Virus record (IMG/VR): IMGVR_UViG_3300033075_001021
From: a virus
Lineage: Duplodnaviria; Caudoviricetes
Reading direction: 5' to 3' (one strand)
Length of the DNA: 64,000 bases
Part shown: one piece after another, positions 39,401 through 48,427 of the stretch
How the letters are laid out: the number at the start of each line of letters is the position of its first letter
How positions within the stretch are numbered: position 1 is the first letter of the stretch
Made by a program: the position numbers and the translations under genes
Notes under the pieces: generated by a model
Told to the model about the DNA's origin: nothing
What the model saw: only the letters and a program-made list of their open reading frames with translations
The model's database searches: none

Positions 39401-39473
39401 GAAGCGGTGACAAGATTCAAACTTGTGTTTCAGAGGTTGCAGCTCTGCGCCTAAATCACTCGGCCACACCGCC
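39401..39473 (-). tRNA. tRNA-Cys(GCA)
   Basis: Cloverleaf, U73. Confidence 0.9.
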
Positions 39474-39698
39474 TTATACTATCCAACGACTCAATATTTG
39501 TGCTGGCATCTTTGATAAGAAATCAGCTTCACCCATATCAGAAATTGGAACTTCAAAGAAGACACCCATTGTTTGACTAATTGGGTTCCCTTCGGTACTA
39601 ATTCTTGTATTATAATAAGCAACCCCTTTTCTAATATACAATAATTCCGCTTCTGGTTTTTGCTTATAAAGCAATTTTTTGATTTCGTTCTTTTCCAT
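39474..39698 (-). CDS. hypothetical protein
   Basis: ORF between tRNAs. Confidence 0.65.
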   Translation of the reverse strand: MEKNEIKKLLYKQKPEAELLYIRKGVAYYNTRISTEGNPISQTMGVFFEVPISDMGEADFLSKMPAQILSRWIV

Positions 39699-39893
39699 AA
39701 TCTTTTTTAATTAAAACCTTTGTTGGTCTCCAATCACCGATGTCAATTGTAACCTCAATAAAATCATCGTTTTCTATATTATTTACATTAACATCTTCAA
39801 TAGCATCATTTGATAGCATTGGTGATTTATTAACCCCTTTTCGATTAAATAAATTTTTAATGTTAAGTAACTTTTTCATAAAACATGTGTTTT

Positions 39894-39981
39894 GAACCCA
39901 TGACAGGATTTGAACCTGTGGTGAGGGATAACCCTTACAGTTTTGCAGACTGTCATCTTCGGCCACTCGAATCACATGGGC
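39894..39981 (-). tRNA. tRNA-Cys(GCA) with long variable arm
   Basis: Variable arm AGGG-TTAT-CCCT. Confidence 0.8.
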
Positions 39982-39985
39982 AAAT

Positions 39986-40017
39986 AAAAAACCCCAGCTA
40001 TACTCTAGACTGGGGCT
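39986..40017 (-). terminator. attenuator terminator of the LVC tRNA operon
   Basis: GCCCCAG-loop-CTGGGGT followed by T-tract. Confidence 0.85.
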
Positions 40018-40041
40018 TAATGTTATTATTAGATTTCAAAT

Positions 40042-40122
40042 TTATAACATAGGAATCCCAGTCGTGTTAGATAACACTAGCACACACAATACAAGGAGCA
40101 ATATGTTTGATAAATTTTTCAT
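40042..40122 (-). CDS. leader peptide MKNLSNILLLVLCVLVLSNTTGIPML
   Basis: Codons 8-17 are all L/V/C, matching the downstream tRNAs. Confidence 0.9.
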   Translation of the reverse strand: MKNLSNILLLVLCVLVLSNTTGIPML

Positions 40123-40143
40123 CTTAGTTTTTTGTTGTTGTTT

Positions 40144-40185
40144 ATAAATATATGCAAATATACGAAAGAATTTTTAAAAAGCAAA
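40144..40185 (-). promoter_or_regulatory. tandem TAnnTTTG promoter plus TATTTAT motif
   Basis: TTTGC..TTCGTATATTTGCATATATTTAT. Confidence 0.8.
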
Positions 40186-40203
40186 TTTTTTTGAAACTTT
40201 TTT

Positions 40204-40701
40204 TTAAAGATTTTTTACGTACTCAACGGTGATATCATTTTTCTTAATAAATCCTCTTAATTGTTCAAATGCTAATAAACTTGGTGGTTCACTCATTTCA
40301 TCGTCATTTTGGGGTAGATTATGAGGTATTGATACTTCTATTTTAATCAAGGATTTACTGATATCGACACCCATTGGGTATTTGAGTAAACTTACCCTTT
40401 CTTCAGATTCGTCTTCTTTACCCCTACCATAACCAGCCCTAACATCAGCATATGATTGTAATCTATATCTATTTGATAATGAATTACCATCAATAGTAAT
40501 TCTAACCTGCATTGGTATAGAATAAGACTTAAACCATTTATTTCTAGTAAAAGAAACATATGGTTGAATACTAGATGTTAATTTAAAATCATTTGCTATT
40601 ATTCCCATTAAACCACGATAGTTTGTAAAGTGATATAAAGGGCCAATATTTTTACCCTCTAATAACCCCTCTCTCAATAATTGTTTAATTAAATCTTTCA
40701 T
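40204..40701 (-). CDS. hypothetical protein (possible ADP-ribosyltransferase-like fold)
   Basis: LYHFT, VSFTR, ESEER; N-terminal LREGLLE motif. Confidence 0.5.
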   Translation of the reverse strand: MKDLIKQLLREGLLEGKNIGPLYHFTNYRGLMGIIANDFKLTSSIQPYVSFTRNKWFKSYSIPMQVRITIDGNSLSNRYRLQSYADVRAGYGRGKEDESEERVSLLKYPMGVDISKSLIKIEVSIPHNLPQNDDEMSEPPSLLAFEQLRGFIKKNDITVEYVKNL

Positions 40702-41273
40702 TATATATCAATCATTTTAAGTTTTCCCATTTTATCGTATGCAACATTTCCAATATGAAGGTCCAACGGCCTTCCAAGGTCTTTTTCAATTATTGGTGCA
40801 ACGGCTCTTAAAAATTTTGCCCATCTATAAAGAATAGATAATATAAATGGATTATCACCATTATCCGCTGCATCAATAACAGTATTAAAACACTCCCCCT
40901 CAAAAAAATTATTTATTGTAATAAAACCATTACTGCAAGATATTTCACCAGATAGGTTCAATAAAAATCTATCTATTTCATTTAATTCATATGCGGCCTC
41001 TGCTGTTTTTAATTTTTCAATCTCAACAACTGTTAATGTTGGGTCTTTTCTAAATGGAAAAGTACGATAGACTTTAGGAAAGTATTTTGGATTCTCTTGG
41101 AATGTACTTAGCCACTCATGCACCGTATCTTCATCACCAATCTTAAAAAGTCTGTCTGGATATTTGTTTGATGCATAAACCTTATGATAAGCGCCCTTAC
41201 CAAATTCTTTTTTTGGTTTAATTGACATCTCTTCTAATGATTCCCTAAGATATGTCCTAATCCATTGTTTCAT
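40701..41273 (-). CDS. kinase-like protein
   Basis: GKGAYHKVY, DLHIGNV, KMIDI. Confidence 0.7.
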   Translation of the reverse strand: MKQWIRTYLRESLEEMSIKPKKEFGKGAYHKVYASNKYPDRLFKIGDEDTVHEWLSTFQENPKYFPKVYRTFPFRKDPTLTVVEIEKLKTAEAAYELNEIDRFLLNLSGEISCSNGFITINNFFEGECFNTVIDAADNGDNPFILSILYRWAKFLRAVAPIIEKDLGRPLDLHIGNVAYDKMGKLKMIDI

Positions 41274-41860
41274 TATATGTCAATTATTTTTATATTCTTA
41301 TTCATATCATATGCAACATTCTGAGAGTGTAAATCTCTGTCAAAATAGTCATATTTATTTTCCAAATACTTATACATCGTGTAAATTGTTTTGGTCCATT
41401 TTAAAATCTTTTTCATATCCGCATCACTAGGTCGTATTTCATTTAAGTAAACCTTAAAATCCCTTAAAAACCCCATATGTCCATTTGGGTAATAGTTATC
41501 AATTTTATGAATATGGAGCAAGCTATAAGCACCTTTAGGAAAATTTTTAATTACTTGATTTACCATATCAAAATCGGCTTTAGCATTTACAGTGTCTAAT
41601 TTTTCTATTTCAGCAATATAGTAATAAGGATTTTTTTTTGATGGGAAAATACGATAGACTTTAGGGAATATTTTCGGATTTTCTTGAAATATCTTTGACC
41701 AAAACTCTACATCATTTTTTCTCCCGATTTTATATAATCTATCAGGGTGTTTATGTGACTTCAAAACAGTGTGCTGTACCCCACTACCAAATATTGGTTT
41801 TGGGGTTATGGATACTTCCTCCAAGGACTCTTTTAAACGTTGTTTAATCCATTGTTTCAT
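41273..41860 (-). CDS. kinase-like protein (tandem paralog)
   Basis: GSGVQH, DLHSQNV, KIIDI. Confidence 0.7.
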   Translation of the reverse strand: MKQWIKQRLKESLEEVSITPKPIFGSGVQHTVLKSHKHPDRLYKIGRKNDVEFWSKIFQENPKIFPKVYRIFPSKKNPYYYIAEIEKLDTVNAKADFDMVNQVIKNFPKGAYSLLHIHKIDNYYPNGHMGFLRDFKVYLNEIRPSDADMKKILKWTKTIYTMYKYLENKYDYFDRDLHSQNVAYDMNKNIKIIDI

Positions 41861-41908
41861 ATTCCATAAATATTTACATATTCAAAGAAAATCCCTAATC
41901 TTAAGAAT

Positions 41909-42235
41909 ATGGGATATGTTTATTTATTACTTGAAACCGATAAGGACGGAAATGAGCGCCATAAAATTGGTATAACCAAAAATTGGCCAGAAAAACGTGT
42001 AAAACAACTGCAAACGGGAAATTCTAACGTTATTAGGTTATTACAGACTTATGAGAGCCCTAATTATAAGAAGGTTGAGCAATGGCTCCATAGTCGATTC
42101 TCTGGGCTTAAAACGGAAACAAATAACGAATGGTTTAAGTTAAATGATGACCAAGTTTTAGGGTTTCAAGATATATGCAAAAAGCTGGACGAAACCATCC
42201 AGCTCTTATTAAAAGAAAATCCATTTTTTAAATAA
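41909..42235 (+). CDS. GIY-YIG/T5orf172-family protein
   Basis: GYVYLL..HKIGIT..RVKQLQTGN..EWF. Confidence 0.8.
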   Translation: MGYVYLLLETDKDGNERHKIGITKNWPEKRVKQLQTGNSNVIRLLQTYESPNYKKVEQWLHSRFSGLKTETNNEWFKLNDDQVLGFQDICKKLDETIQLLLKENPFFK

Positions 42236-42515
42236 CTTCAATAACCTTTCCATACACTTGTTTGGTCCACCCATTGATGCCGCCTTTATTGTTTCCAATT
42301 TGGCATCCTTTATCTGGGTTCTTAGCTTTAACCAAATGTGTATAAAAACGTCCTTTGACTTTACAATACACAATATCCCCAACTTGAGCTTCTTCCCAAG
42401 TTATCGGTGCCAATTTATGTTCCTGACCAGATTTAATAAGGGGAACCATTGAGTTCCCCTTTTCCTTGGTTATAAACGTCTCACCCTTCTGCAATTTTTC
42501 CAATTTCCAGTTCAT
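42228..42515 (-). CDS. S24/S26 peptidase-like protein
   Basis: GNSMVPLI, GDIV, HLVK. Confidence 0.55.
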   Translation of the reverse strand: MNWKLEKLQKGETFITKEKGNSMVPLIKSGQEHKLAPITWEEAQVGDIVYCKVKGRFYTHLVKAKNPDKGCQIGNNKGGINGWTKQVYGKVIEVI

Positions 42516-43137
42516 GCAAATAATCTTCAAATTCTTTATAAATCTCAAATGTGTCGGTATGGATGATGAAATCATTATAGGAATTGTAGTGTTCGGTTAC
42601 ATATTTCCTAAATCCTTCTAGCACCTCACCAAGCTTCTTCCCTTCAAATCCATACCTTCTCATTACATCCCCACCATTGAATTTGGATTGTACGTAAAGC
42701 TTGCGACACTCCAAGTATTCCAACCTTCTTACCTCAGTTACAATATTTGCTTCTGGGAAGAAATCGTCAATCATAATGAAGTATGATGTTTTATCCTCAG
42801 CAAATTTGAATTCATGGTTTTCGTCGGCAACATTCTCAGTCATCCACTCCAAAAAGGTCATATATGATGCTCTCTTTTTGTTACGGTCACGGTTGATTTT
42901 ATTGAGTTCTTCCATTTGGAATTTCTTCCAGTTGAAGTATGGTGACTCAGCAATGAATGTAAAGATATCCTCAAGTTCATCAAATCCCTTTTCGTATCTT
43001 TCATATGAAAGACCCAAGAATTTAAAGATTTTTGGATAATCCTTTGATACTGGAATACTACCTAATTTACCACGTTTATTATATACGTTCATAAATAAAC
43101 CTTCTTGCCCATATTTTAAATTATATTCTATTTTCAT
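42481..43137 (-). CDS. C-terminal half of a split nucleotidyltransferase-like gene
   Basis: Begins LKYGQEGL, which appears to continue GNFIGRLAH in 43918-44325. Confidence 0.7.
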   Translation of the reverse strand: MKIEYNLKYGQEGLFMNVYNKRGKLGSIPVSKDYPKIFKFLGLSYERYEKGFDELEDIFTFIAESPYFNWKKFQMEELNKINRDRNKKRASYMTFLEWMTENVADENHEFKFAEDKTSYFIMIDDFFPEANIVTEVRRLEYLECRKLYVQSKFNGGDVMRRYGFEGKKLGEVLEGFRKYVTEHYNSYNDFIIHTDTFEIYKEFEDYLHELEIGKIAEG

Positions 43138-43140
43138 ATT

Positions 43141-43857
43141 TTAATTTTTATATTTCCATATAAAACCACATGCTGTTTTAGTTAATCCTCGACAACAATT
43201 TCTACAATTAATTTTAAGTGTCCTATACACATCCATTGTTGATTCCCATTCTTTAATGAATTCACCAGCTATTGTATATTGTAAGACCCTTTTTTTATTC
43301 GCTTTTTCTGATAATATTTTTTTCGTTTTTTCTGAGTGATTTTTATTGAAGAAAGGGTTGTTATGCTTAGTTCTTTTACTACCCTTAAATGGATTATTAT
43401 CTCTAAAATATGTATTATGATTTAATAACCATTTTGTTTTTTTCTCTATAACCTCTTCATCGGTTAATCCTTTTTCCTTCCAAATATCTTCAAATGTTTT
43501 GCCGTACATTGGATTATTAGCACCGCTAACGTCTACGTGATTGAATGACATTTTTAACTTTGTTCTATCGTTATGTTTATTTCCTTCCATTGGAGAGGTT
43601 TCTCCACCGATAAGAATATTATATCCAATTGCTTTATTTTGACTGTTAAGTTTATTAACCCAAAATTTTTCTTTTTGATTTAACTCTTCAATATTCGAGG
43701 CAAAATCTATTATTTCTTTCTTAAAATTTTTCCTACCATATTTTTTTATCGCTTCTTTCAAAAGTTTACCGCCACCTAAATAATATTCATTATTTTTGCT
43801 ATCCTTACCAATATAGATTTTACCATTAACTAAATTTGTTGTTTTGTATATCACCAT
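43141..43857 (-). CDS. GIY-YIG homing endonuclease (NUMOD3/NUMOD1)
   Basis: IYKTTNLVNGKIYIGK, GYNI, NNPMYGK. Confidence 0.9.
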   Translation of the reverse strand: MVIYKTTNLVNGKIYIGKDSKNNEYYLGGGKLLKEAIKKYGRKNFKKEIIDFASNIEELNQKEKFWVNKLNSQNKAIGYNILIGGETSPMEGNKHNDRTKLKMSFNHVDVSGANNPMYGKTFEDIWKEKGLTDEEVIEKKTKWLLNHNTYFRDNNPFKGSKRTKHNNPFFNKNHSEKTKKILSEKANKKRVLQYTIAGEFIKEWESTMDVYRTLKINCRNCCRGLTKTACGFIWKYKN

Positions 43858-43917
43858 AACATTTATTTAATAATAAATATCACGACTGGTCAAGAAGGAC
43901 TATGCTTTATTAAAAAA

Positions 43918-44325
43918 TTATAGGTCATCTGTATCAATTTCACCAGAAAATCCATGAGCAAGTCTACCAATGAAGTTTCCAAGGTCATTATATGACAAAT
44001 ACATTGCGTTTGAATCAAAATGTTCTGGTGCGCAAGTAATGATGTCTACTTGCAATTCCTTGTAATCAAATGACCAGCAGTTACCGTTATGAAAGATTTC
44101 ATTCGGTGTAAATGTGTTTTCAATGTATTCCCTCATTTGTGGGTAATCCTTGCTGGTTACAAGAATATCAGCATCACCAAATGTTTGCTTGTTCTTGTAA
44201 AACAACGGCATAGTAACCCTGTCAAAGGTTCTTTTAAGAATGTCAATTAGCTCTTTGCTAATTTCTTCAAATTCGGGTCTATCATATCGCCTTGTTACCG
44301 TATTTTTTAGTGCTCTTCCACCCAT
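43918..44325 (-). CDS. N-terminal half of a split nucleotidyltransferase-like gene
   Basis: MGGRALK, FGDADILV, QVDII. Confidence 0.7.
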   Translation of the reverse strand: MGGRALKNTVTRRYDRPEFEEISKELIDILKRTFDRVTMPLFYKNKQTFGDADILVTSKDYPQMREYIENTFTPNEIFHNGNCWSFDYKELQVDIITCAPEHFDSNAMYLSYNDLGNFIGRLAHGFSGEIDTDDL

Positions 44326-44383
44326 TTTTTATTATTTTATTCGTTTTATAATTATGTTTCTTTTTATGCTAAATAATTTAACC

Positions 44384-44725
44384 TTACCAGTTATCACCTA
44401 TTGAGTTAATACTTGATTTATGCTTTGGGTGACTCCAAGTATCGGTTTCTTTATCATAGTTATAACCTCGTTGGTCTGTAAGTGTATATTTAGTTATTGT
44501 TACACCATCAACATCACAAACTTCTGTTAAGAATGTTTTTTCATGTTTAGTACCAGCAAGCGTTGTCCAAACCTCAAGTCTAAAATTTTTAGGTATTAAT
44601 TTGCCTGTTGCTATTACTCTACAACAAGTCCCTTCACCTAAAACGTGAACCCTTAATCCTTCCATATCTTTATATGGATGTGTTGGGATACCATAACCAC
44701 ATCCACACATTCTTTGTTTACCCAT
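44384..44725 (-). CDS. hypothetical protein
   Basis: ORF in operon. Confidence 0.6.
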   Translation of the reverse strand: MGKQRMCGCGYGIPTHPYKDMEGLRVHVLGEGTCCRVIATGKLIPKNFRLEVWTTLAGTKHEKTFLTEVCDVDGVTITKYTLTDQRGYNYDKETDTWSHPKHKSSINSIGDNW

Positions 44726-44730
44726 AGTAT

Positions 44731-45246
44731 TTATTTTGGTTTGATTGTTATATGCATCTTCTTACCTTCCAATTTTGGCATGTATTCCAATGCACCATTT
44801 TCTTTACATTGGCTAGCAAAACTCAAAAGAACAATCTCACCTCTTTCTTTATGGACAATTTGTCGTCCTCTGAATTGAATAACGCATTTTACTTTGTTAC
44901 CTTCAGATAAGAAGCCGATTGCATTTTTGACACGATATGAAATGTCGTTTTCAGATATTTCAACACCTAAACGTATCTCTTTAATTTCACCACCCTTATT
45001 GTTCTTCTTTTGTTCTTTTGCTTTCTGTTTTTCTTGATATTGATACTTGCTGAACTCCATCAATTTACAAATTGATGTGTCACCTTGATTCTTTATCTCA
45101 ATAAGGTCAAGTCCTTCAGACCTACCTAATGAAAGGGCCTCAGAAAGTGTATATACCCCGTCGTATTGTTCTGACCCAACAATTCTAATGTTAGGCGATT
45201 TAATCCATGTGTTAATTACGTAATTGTGTTTCTTTCTTTTATTCAT
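44731..45246 (-). CDS. infC: translation initiation factor IF-3
   Basis: GLDLIEI, CKLMEFSKYQY, KEIRLG, GNKVKCVIQFRGR, PKLEGK. Confidence 0.9.
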   Translation of the reverse strand: MNKRKKHNYVINTWIKSPNIRIVGSEQYDGVYTLSEALSLGRSEGLDLIEIKNQGDTSICKLMEFSKYQYQEKQKAKEQKKNNKGGEIKEIRLGVEISENDISYRVKNAIGFLSEGNKVKCVIQFRGRQIVHKERGEIVLLSFASQCKENGALEYMPKLEGKKMHITIKPK

Positions 45247-45544
45247 TTTCTTTTTTATCAAATGATGACGGTAAAACATTGATTCCAAATTTCTTACCGA
45301 ATTTTACTAAAAATATGATTAGAATTCCAGAACCTGGCACAATGAATAAAGCACTTAAGACGGTTAATTTGAAAACGTCAAGGCTTTGATTTTTTACCTT
45401 CGCTTTTTCCTCTTTGGTTAGTGATTTGCTTTTTGCAGCCCAAAGAAGTTTTATAAGTTCTTTTGTTTCTATCGCTTCCAGTTTTGTATCACCAATAAGC
45501 TGTTTTACCGATTTTTTTATCTTTTCCACTATATTAAAACGCAA
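45239..45544 (-). CDS. LETM1-like small membrane protein
   Basis: EEKAKVKNQSLD..FIVPG..LPSSF. Confidence 0.55.
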   Translation of the reverse strand: MRFNIVEKIKKSVKQLIGDTKLEAIETKELIKLLWAAKSKSLTKEEKAKVKNQSLDVFKLTVLSALFIVPGSGILIIFLVKFGKKFGINVLPSSFDKKENE

Positions 45545-45574
45545 ATATACAACTTGTTATCGGAAAAATCAAAT

Positions 45575-45820
45575 TTATTTTCTTTTCCCTTCTTTAAATG
45601 ACTCTTTGGTCATTTCTTTCATTTTTATAAGGTCATCCAGCTTTAAGTTAAATTGCTTCTCAGCATATGCTTCAATCGCCCCTATGAGGTCACATAATTC
45701 ACAAATAATCAAAACATTAGCGTTTTGCGATTTAGCGTCTTCTAATTCTTGTATTTCCTCGGTGATTTTTGAGTATTCACCCAAGACACCTTTTTGAATG
45801 TTAACTTTGTGGTAACCCAT
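45575..45820 (-). CDS. MazG-like small protein
   Basis: KITEEIQEL..ELCDLIGA. Confidence 0.5.
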   Translation of the reverse strand: MGYHKVNIQKGVLGEYSKITEEIQELEDAKSQNANVLIICELCDLIGAIEAYAEKQFNLKLDDLIKMKEMTKESFKEGKRK

Positions 45821-46361
45821 ATAAATTAATTAATTTTGACATTCTTGGTTCAGCACAGCCAGTACCATATATCCAAGTTAAAAAATCACATTCACGAATC
45901 CCATATGAACCTAATTCAATTTTTCCATCACATAAAATATCAAAACCATCAGTCGTGGCAATTACTGATATTTCATTATACGGGAAATATTGACGATAAA
46001 AATTCAACGCACAATCAACTACGAAATTTAACCCAGATTTGTTTACTTCATCGGTTTTGATTAACTCATTCTTCATGAAATATTTTGTATGTAGAAAATC
46101 AAAACTTTCATAACGATAACACGGTGTTATTGTTTGAAATTGACCCTTGGGTAAAAATTCTTTGAGGTAAAGGTACAAGAAAGATTGTTCACCAGATGCG
46201 ACCAAACACTTATCATTATGTTTTAGTTGAAACGATATACGGTCCTTAGGTTTTGTAATATTGTCAACAAATTCAGACACTGTCCATGGTGCTTCAATGC
46301 GTTTAAAACCTTGCGCTTCATAAAACTTTAGTGAATCGTCGAGTAATTTATAGTTTATCAT
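45801..46361 (-). CDS. stand-alone class II aaRS-like catalytic core
   Basis: IEAPW, LVASGEQ, TPCYRYE..FMKNEL, ELGS, GTGCAEPR. Confidence 0.7.
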   Translation of the reverse strand: MINYKLLDDSLKFYEAQGFKRIEAPWTVSEFVDNITKPKDRISFQLKHNDKCLVASGEQSFLYLYLKEFLPKGQFQTITPCYRYESFDFLHTKYFMKNELIKTDEVNKSGLNFVVDCALNFYRQYFPYNEISVIATTDGFDILCDGKIELGSYGIRECDFLTWIYGTGCAEPRMSKLINLYGLPQS

Positions 46362-46669
46362 TTTTTAAGTTTAAATTCAAAAAATGCACCATAAGATTCG
46401 TTATAACCTGGTTTGTCATAATTTACAATCCAACCAGCCTTTCGGTACGCATTTTCAAAATCCATCCAATGCTTATCAAATACTTCTTGGCGTGTTGTTC
46501 CTTCAGGTGCCAATTTCAAGATTTCATCTAGAATTTCATCCTGTTTAATTGTAAAAGATGACTTACCGAAATAATGACGATTGATGCAATTGTTTACCGC
46601 TTCGAATACAAAATCTGGAAACGCTTTTTCAACGTTATCCAATGCTTGTTGTGGTGTAATTGGTTTCAT
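46358..46669 (-). CDS. hypothetical protein
   Basis: ORF in operon. Confidence 0.65.
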   Translation of the reverse strand: MKPITPQQALDNVEKAFPDFVFEAVNNCINRHYFGKSSFTIKQDEILDEILKLAPEGTTRQEVFDKHWMDFENAYRKAGWIVNYDKPGYNESYGAFFEFKLKK

Positions 46670-47202
46670 GTTATTAATCCTGTTTTAACTAATCGATGTA
46701 TGTATTTAGAATGTTCGATGTTCTTTTCATTCGCATATCCAATGGTCATGTGTAACCCCCAAAATGGTCTTCCTAAACCTAATTCGGCTCTTATGCCATG
46801 CAAACCATCACGATGTTCGTGTGAAACTGGTAGCCACCAGTGTTTATCATCGGTTCTTGGCTCAATATCAAGCATGATTGGTACTTCAATACCATCCCAC
46901 TTTTTCTTGACCGAATTCCAAATTTGTTTTACTTCGTCCATTGAACGTTTTCCGTTCATTGACATTTCTTTAAAACTGTCATTGATGAATGAAACGTGAC
47001 CACCACGAAGAGGTTTATTCAAAACCAAATTATAACGCTTCTTGATAAACCAAGCGTAATAATCGGTTATATCACCATCAAATAATACCAACGCCATATG
47101 CTTCCAAGAAGCTTGCAAATTATGCTTTTTGGTAATGTTCTCTGGTTCGAACTCTATTCTTCCTGTAAGTAATATCTTATCCACAACATTAGTGTTATGC
47201 AA
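46666..47202 (-). CDS. 2H phosphoesterase-like protein
   Basis: HVSF and HMTIG motifs. Confidence 0.6.
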   Translation of the reverse strand: MHNTNVVDKILLTGRIEFEPENITKKHNLQASWKHMALVLFDGDITDYYAWFIKKRYNLVLNKPLRGGHVSFINDSFKEMSMNGKRSMDEVKQIWNSVKKKWDGIEVPIMLDIEPRTDDKHWWLPVSHEHRDGLHGIRAELGLGRPFWGLHMTIGYANEKNIEHSKYIHRLVKTGLIT

Positions 47203-47875
47203 GTTTAAAATTTGGTAAGAAGGTTCTTAAGAATGCGTTGGTTTCACCACCAATTCTCTCAAGCCATCCTTGATATTGTTTTTCGTTTGCTTCATCAGTA
47301 ACCATTTCGTTCCTAACAAAGTCTGGGTAGTAATCACGTTTGAAAACCCTTTCATCAACAAGAAATACAACAGCTGTAAGTGTATCGTTAAGGTCTGGTT
47401 CTCTAAACTCAGCAACCATTACACCGTTGTTACGAAGTGTTTGTGCATGTTGTTGAAGAGTCCCAAGTCTTTCAGGATTCTCATTGGTTGTACCACCGTT
47501 AAGAATAATGAATGTTTTATCCTTATTGGCAAACTTATTATAGATTGGGTCAAATGGTGGAATACCTCTTACCAGCTGACCGTATTCAACAACAGCATGT
47601 CCAAATTGAATACCTTGTTGAATTGGTGATAGATTATAGGGAACCAATCCATACATTCTATATTCAAGGAACATTTCTGATTTCCTAGGCATAGAGTTTG
47701 GTTTAAGGTCACATTTTCTAATTCTGTCGAGATAATCAATATATGTAATCTTTTCTTCAAAAAAAGAAGCCATATAGAATCCCCAACTTGTTTGCCATTG
47801 TTTTAAATCAAGTGGGCGCACTCTATCAAGTACGCACCACTCAAATCCTGTTTTTTTTTCTTCCATGTTTACCAA
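47195..47875 (-). CDS. peptidyl-tRNA hydrolase (Pth2-like)
   Basis: RMY..LSPIQQGIQFGHA, FREPDLNDTLTAV. Confidence 0.65.
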   Translation of the reverse strand: MVNMEEKKTGFEWCVLDRVRPLDLKQWQTSWGFYMASFFEEKITYIDYLDRIRKCDLKPNSMPRKSEMFLEYRMYGLVPYNLSPIQQGIQFGHAVVEYGQLVRGIPPFDPIYNKFANKDKTFIILNGGTTNENPERLGTLQQHAQTLRNNGVMVAEFREPDLNDTLTAVVFLVDERVFKRDYYPDFVRNEMVTDEANEKQYQGWLERIGGETNAFLRTFLPNFKLA

Positions 47876-48072
47876 TTTCTTGTTACATCTGCAAACAAGT
47901 TTGGATTGGTTTTAATCCAATTCAAAACCAGTGCTTGCATATTAGGAGGTATTGGAAATCCTTGCATATACACGACATCCATTACAACCTCGATTTCTTG
48001 CCCTTCAGCCAAGGTTACACCATTCTGAAGAGTCGTTTTTTTCAAAAGCTTAAATACTTTGTTCTTTATCAT
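47869..48072 (-). CDS. hypothetical protein
   Basis: ORF in operon. Confidence 0.6.
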   Translation of the reverse strand: MIKNKVFKLLKKTTLQNGVTLAEGQEIEVVMDVVYMQGFPIPPNMQALVLNWIKTNPNLFADVTRNW

Positions 48073-48080
48073 ACGAATTT

Positions 48081-48422
48081 TTATTTACCATATACACCTG
48101 ATTCCCAACCCAAACGAATACCATATTTTTGGCCAATCGCTTCAATATCGGCATCAGCTTTATCATCCCAATAGTCTTCATCAAAGTAAGGTTCAATGGG
48201 TATAATTTCAAGACTATCATAAGTCTGGGTACCAAACCACGTTCTGTTTGTTAAGCGAAAATCTTCAATCTTACAACCACATACTTCGTTGTTCTTAAAG
48301 TATTCTTCAAGCTCAAGTTTAATCTTAGCTTCTTTTACTTTAAATTCAGCCTCAAGTTGTGAGTTGTATTTATCAACAATCGCTTTTGCTTGTTCGTATT
48401 GTTCTTGTGTTACCTTTTCCAT
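48081..48422 (-). CDS. hypothetical protein
   Basis: ORF in operon. Confidence 0.6.
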   Translation of the reverse strand: MEKVTQEQYEQAKAIVDKYNSQLEAEFKVKEAKIKLELEEYFKNNEVCGCKIEDFRLTNRTWFGTQTYDSLEIIPIEPYFDEDYWDDKADADIEAIGQKYGIRLGWESGVYGK

Positions 48423-48427
48423 GATTT

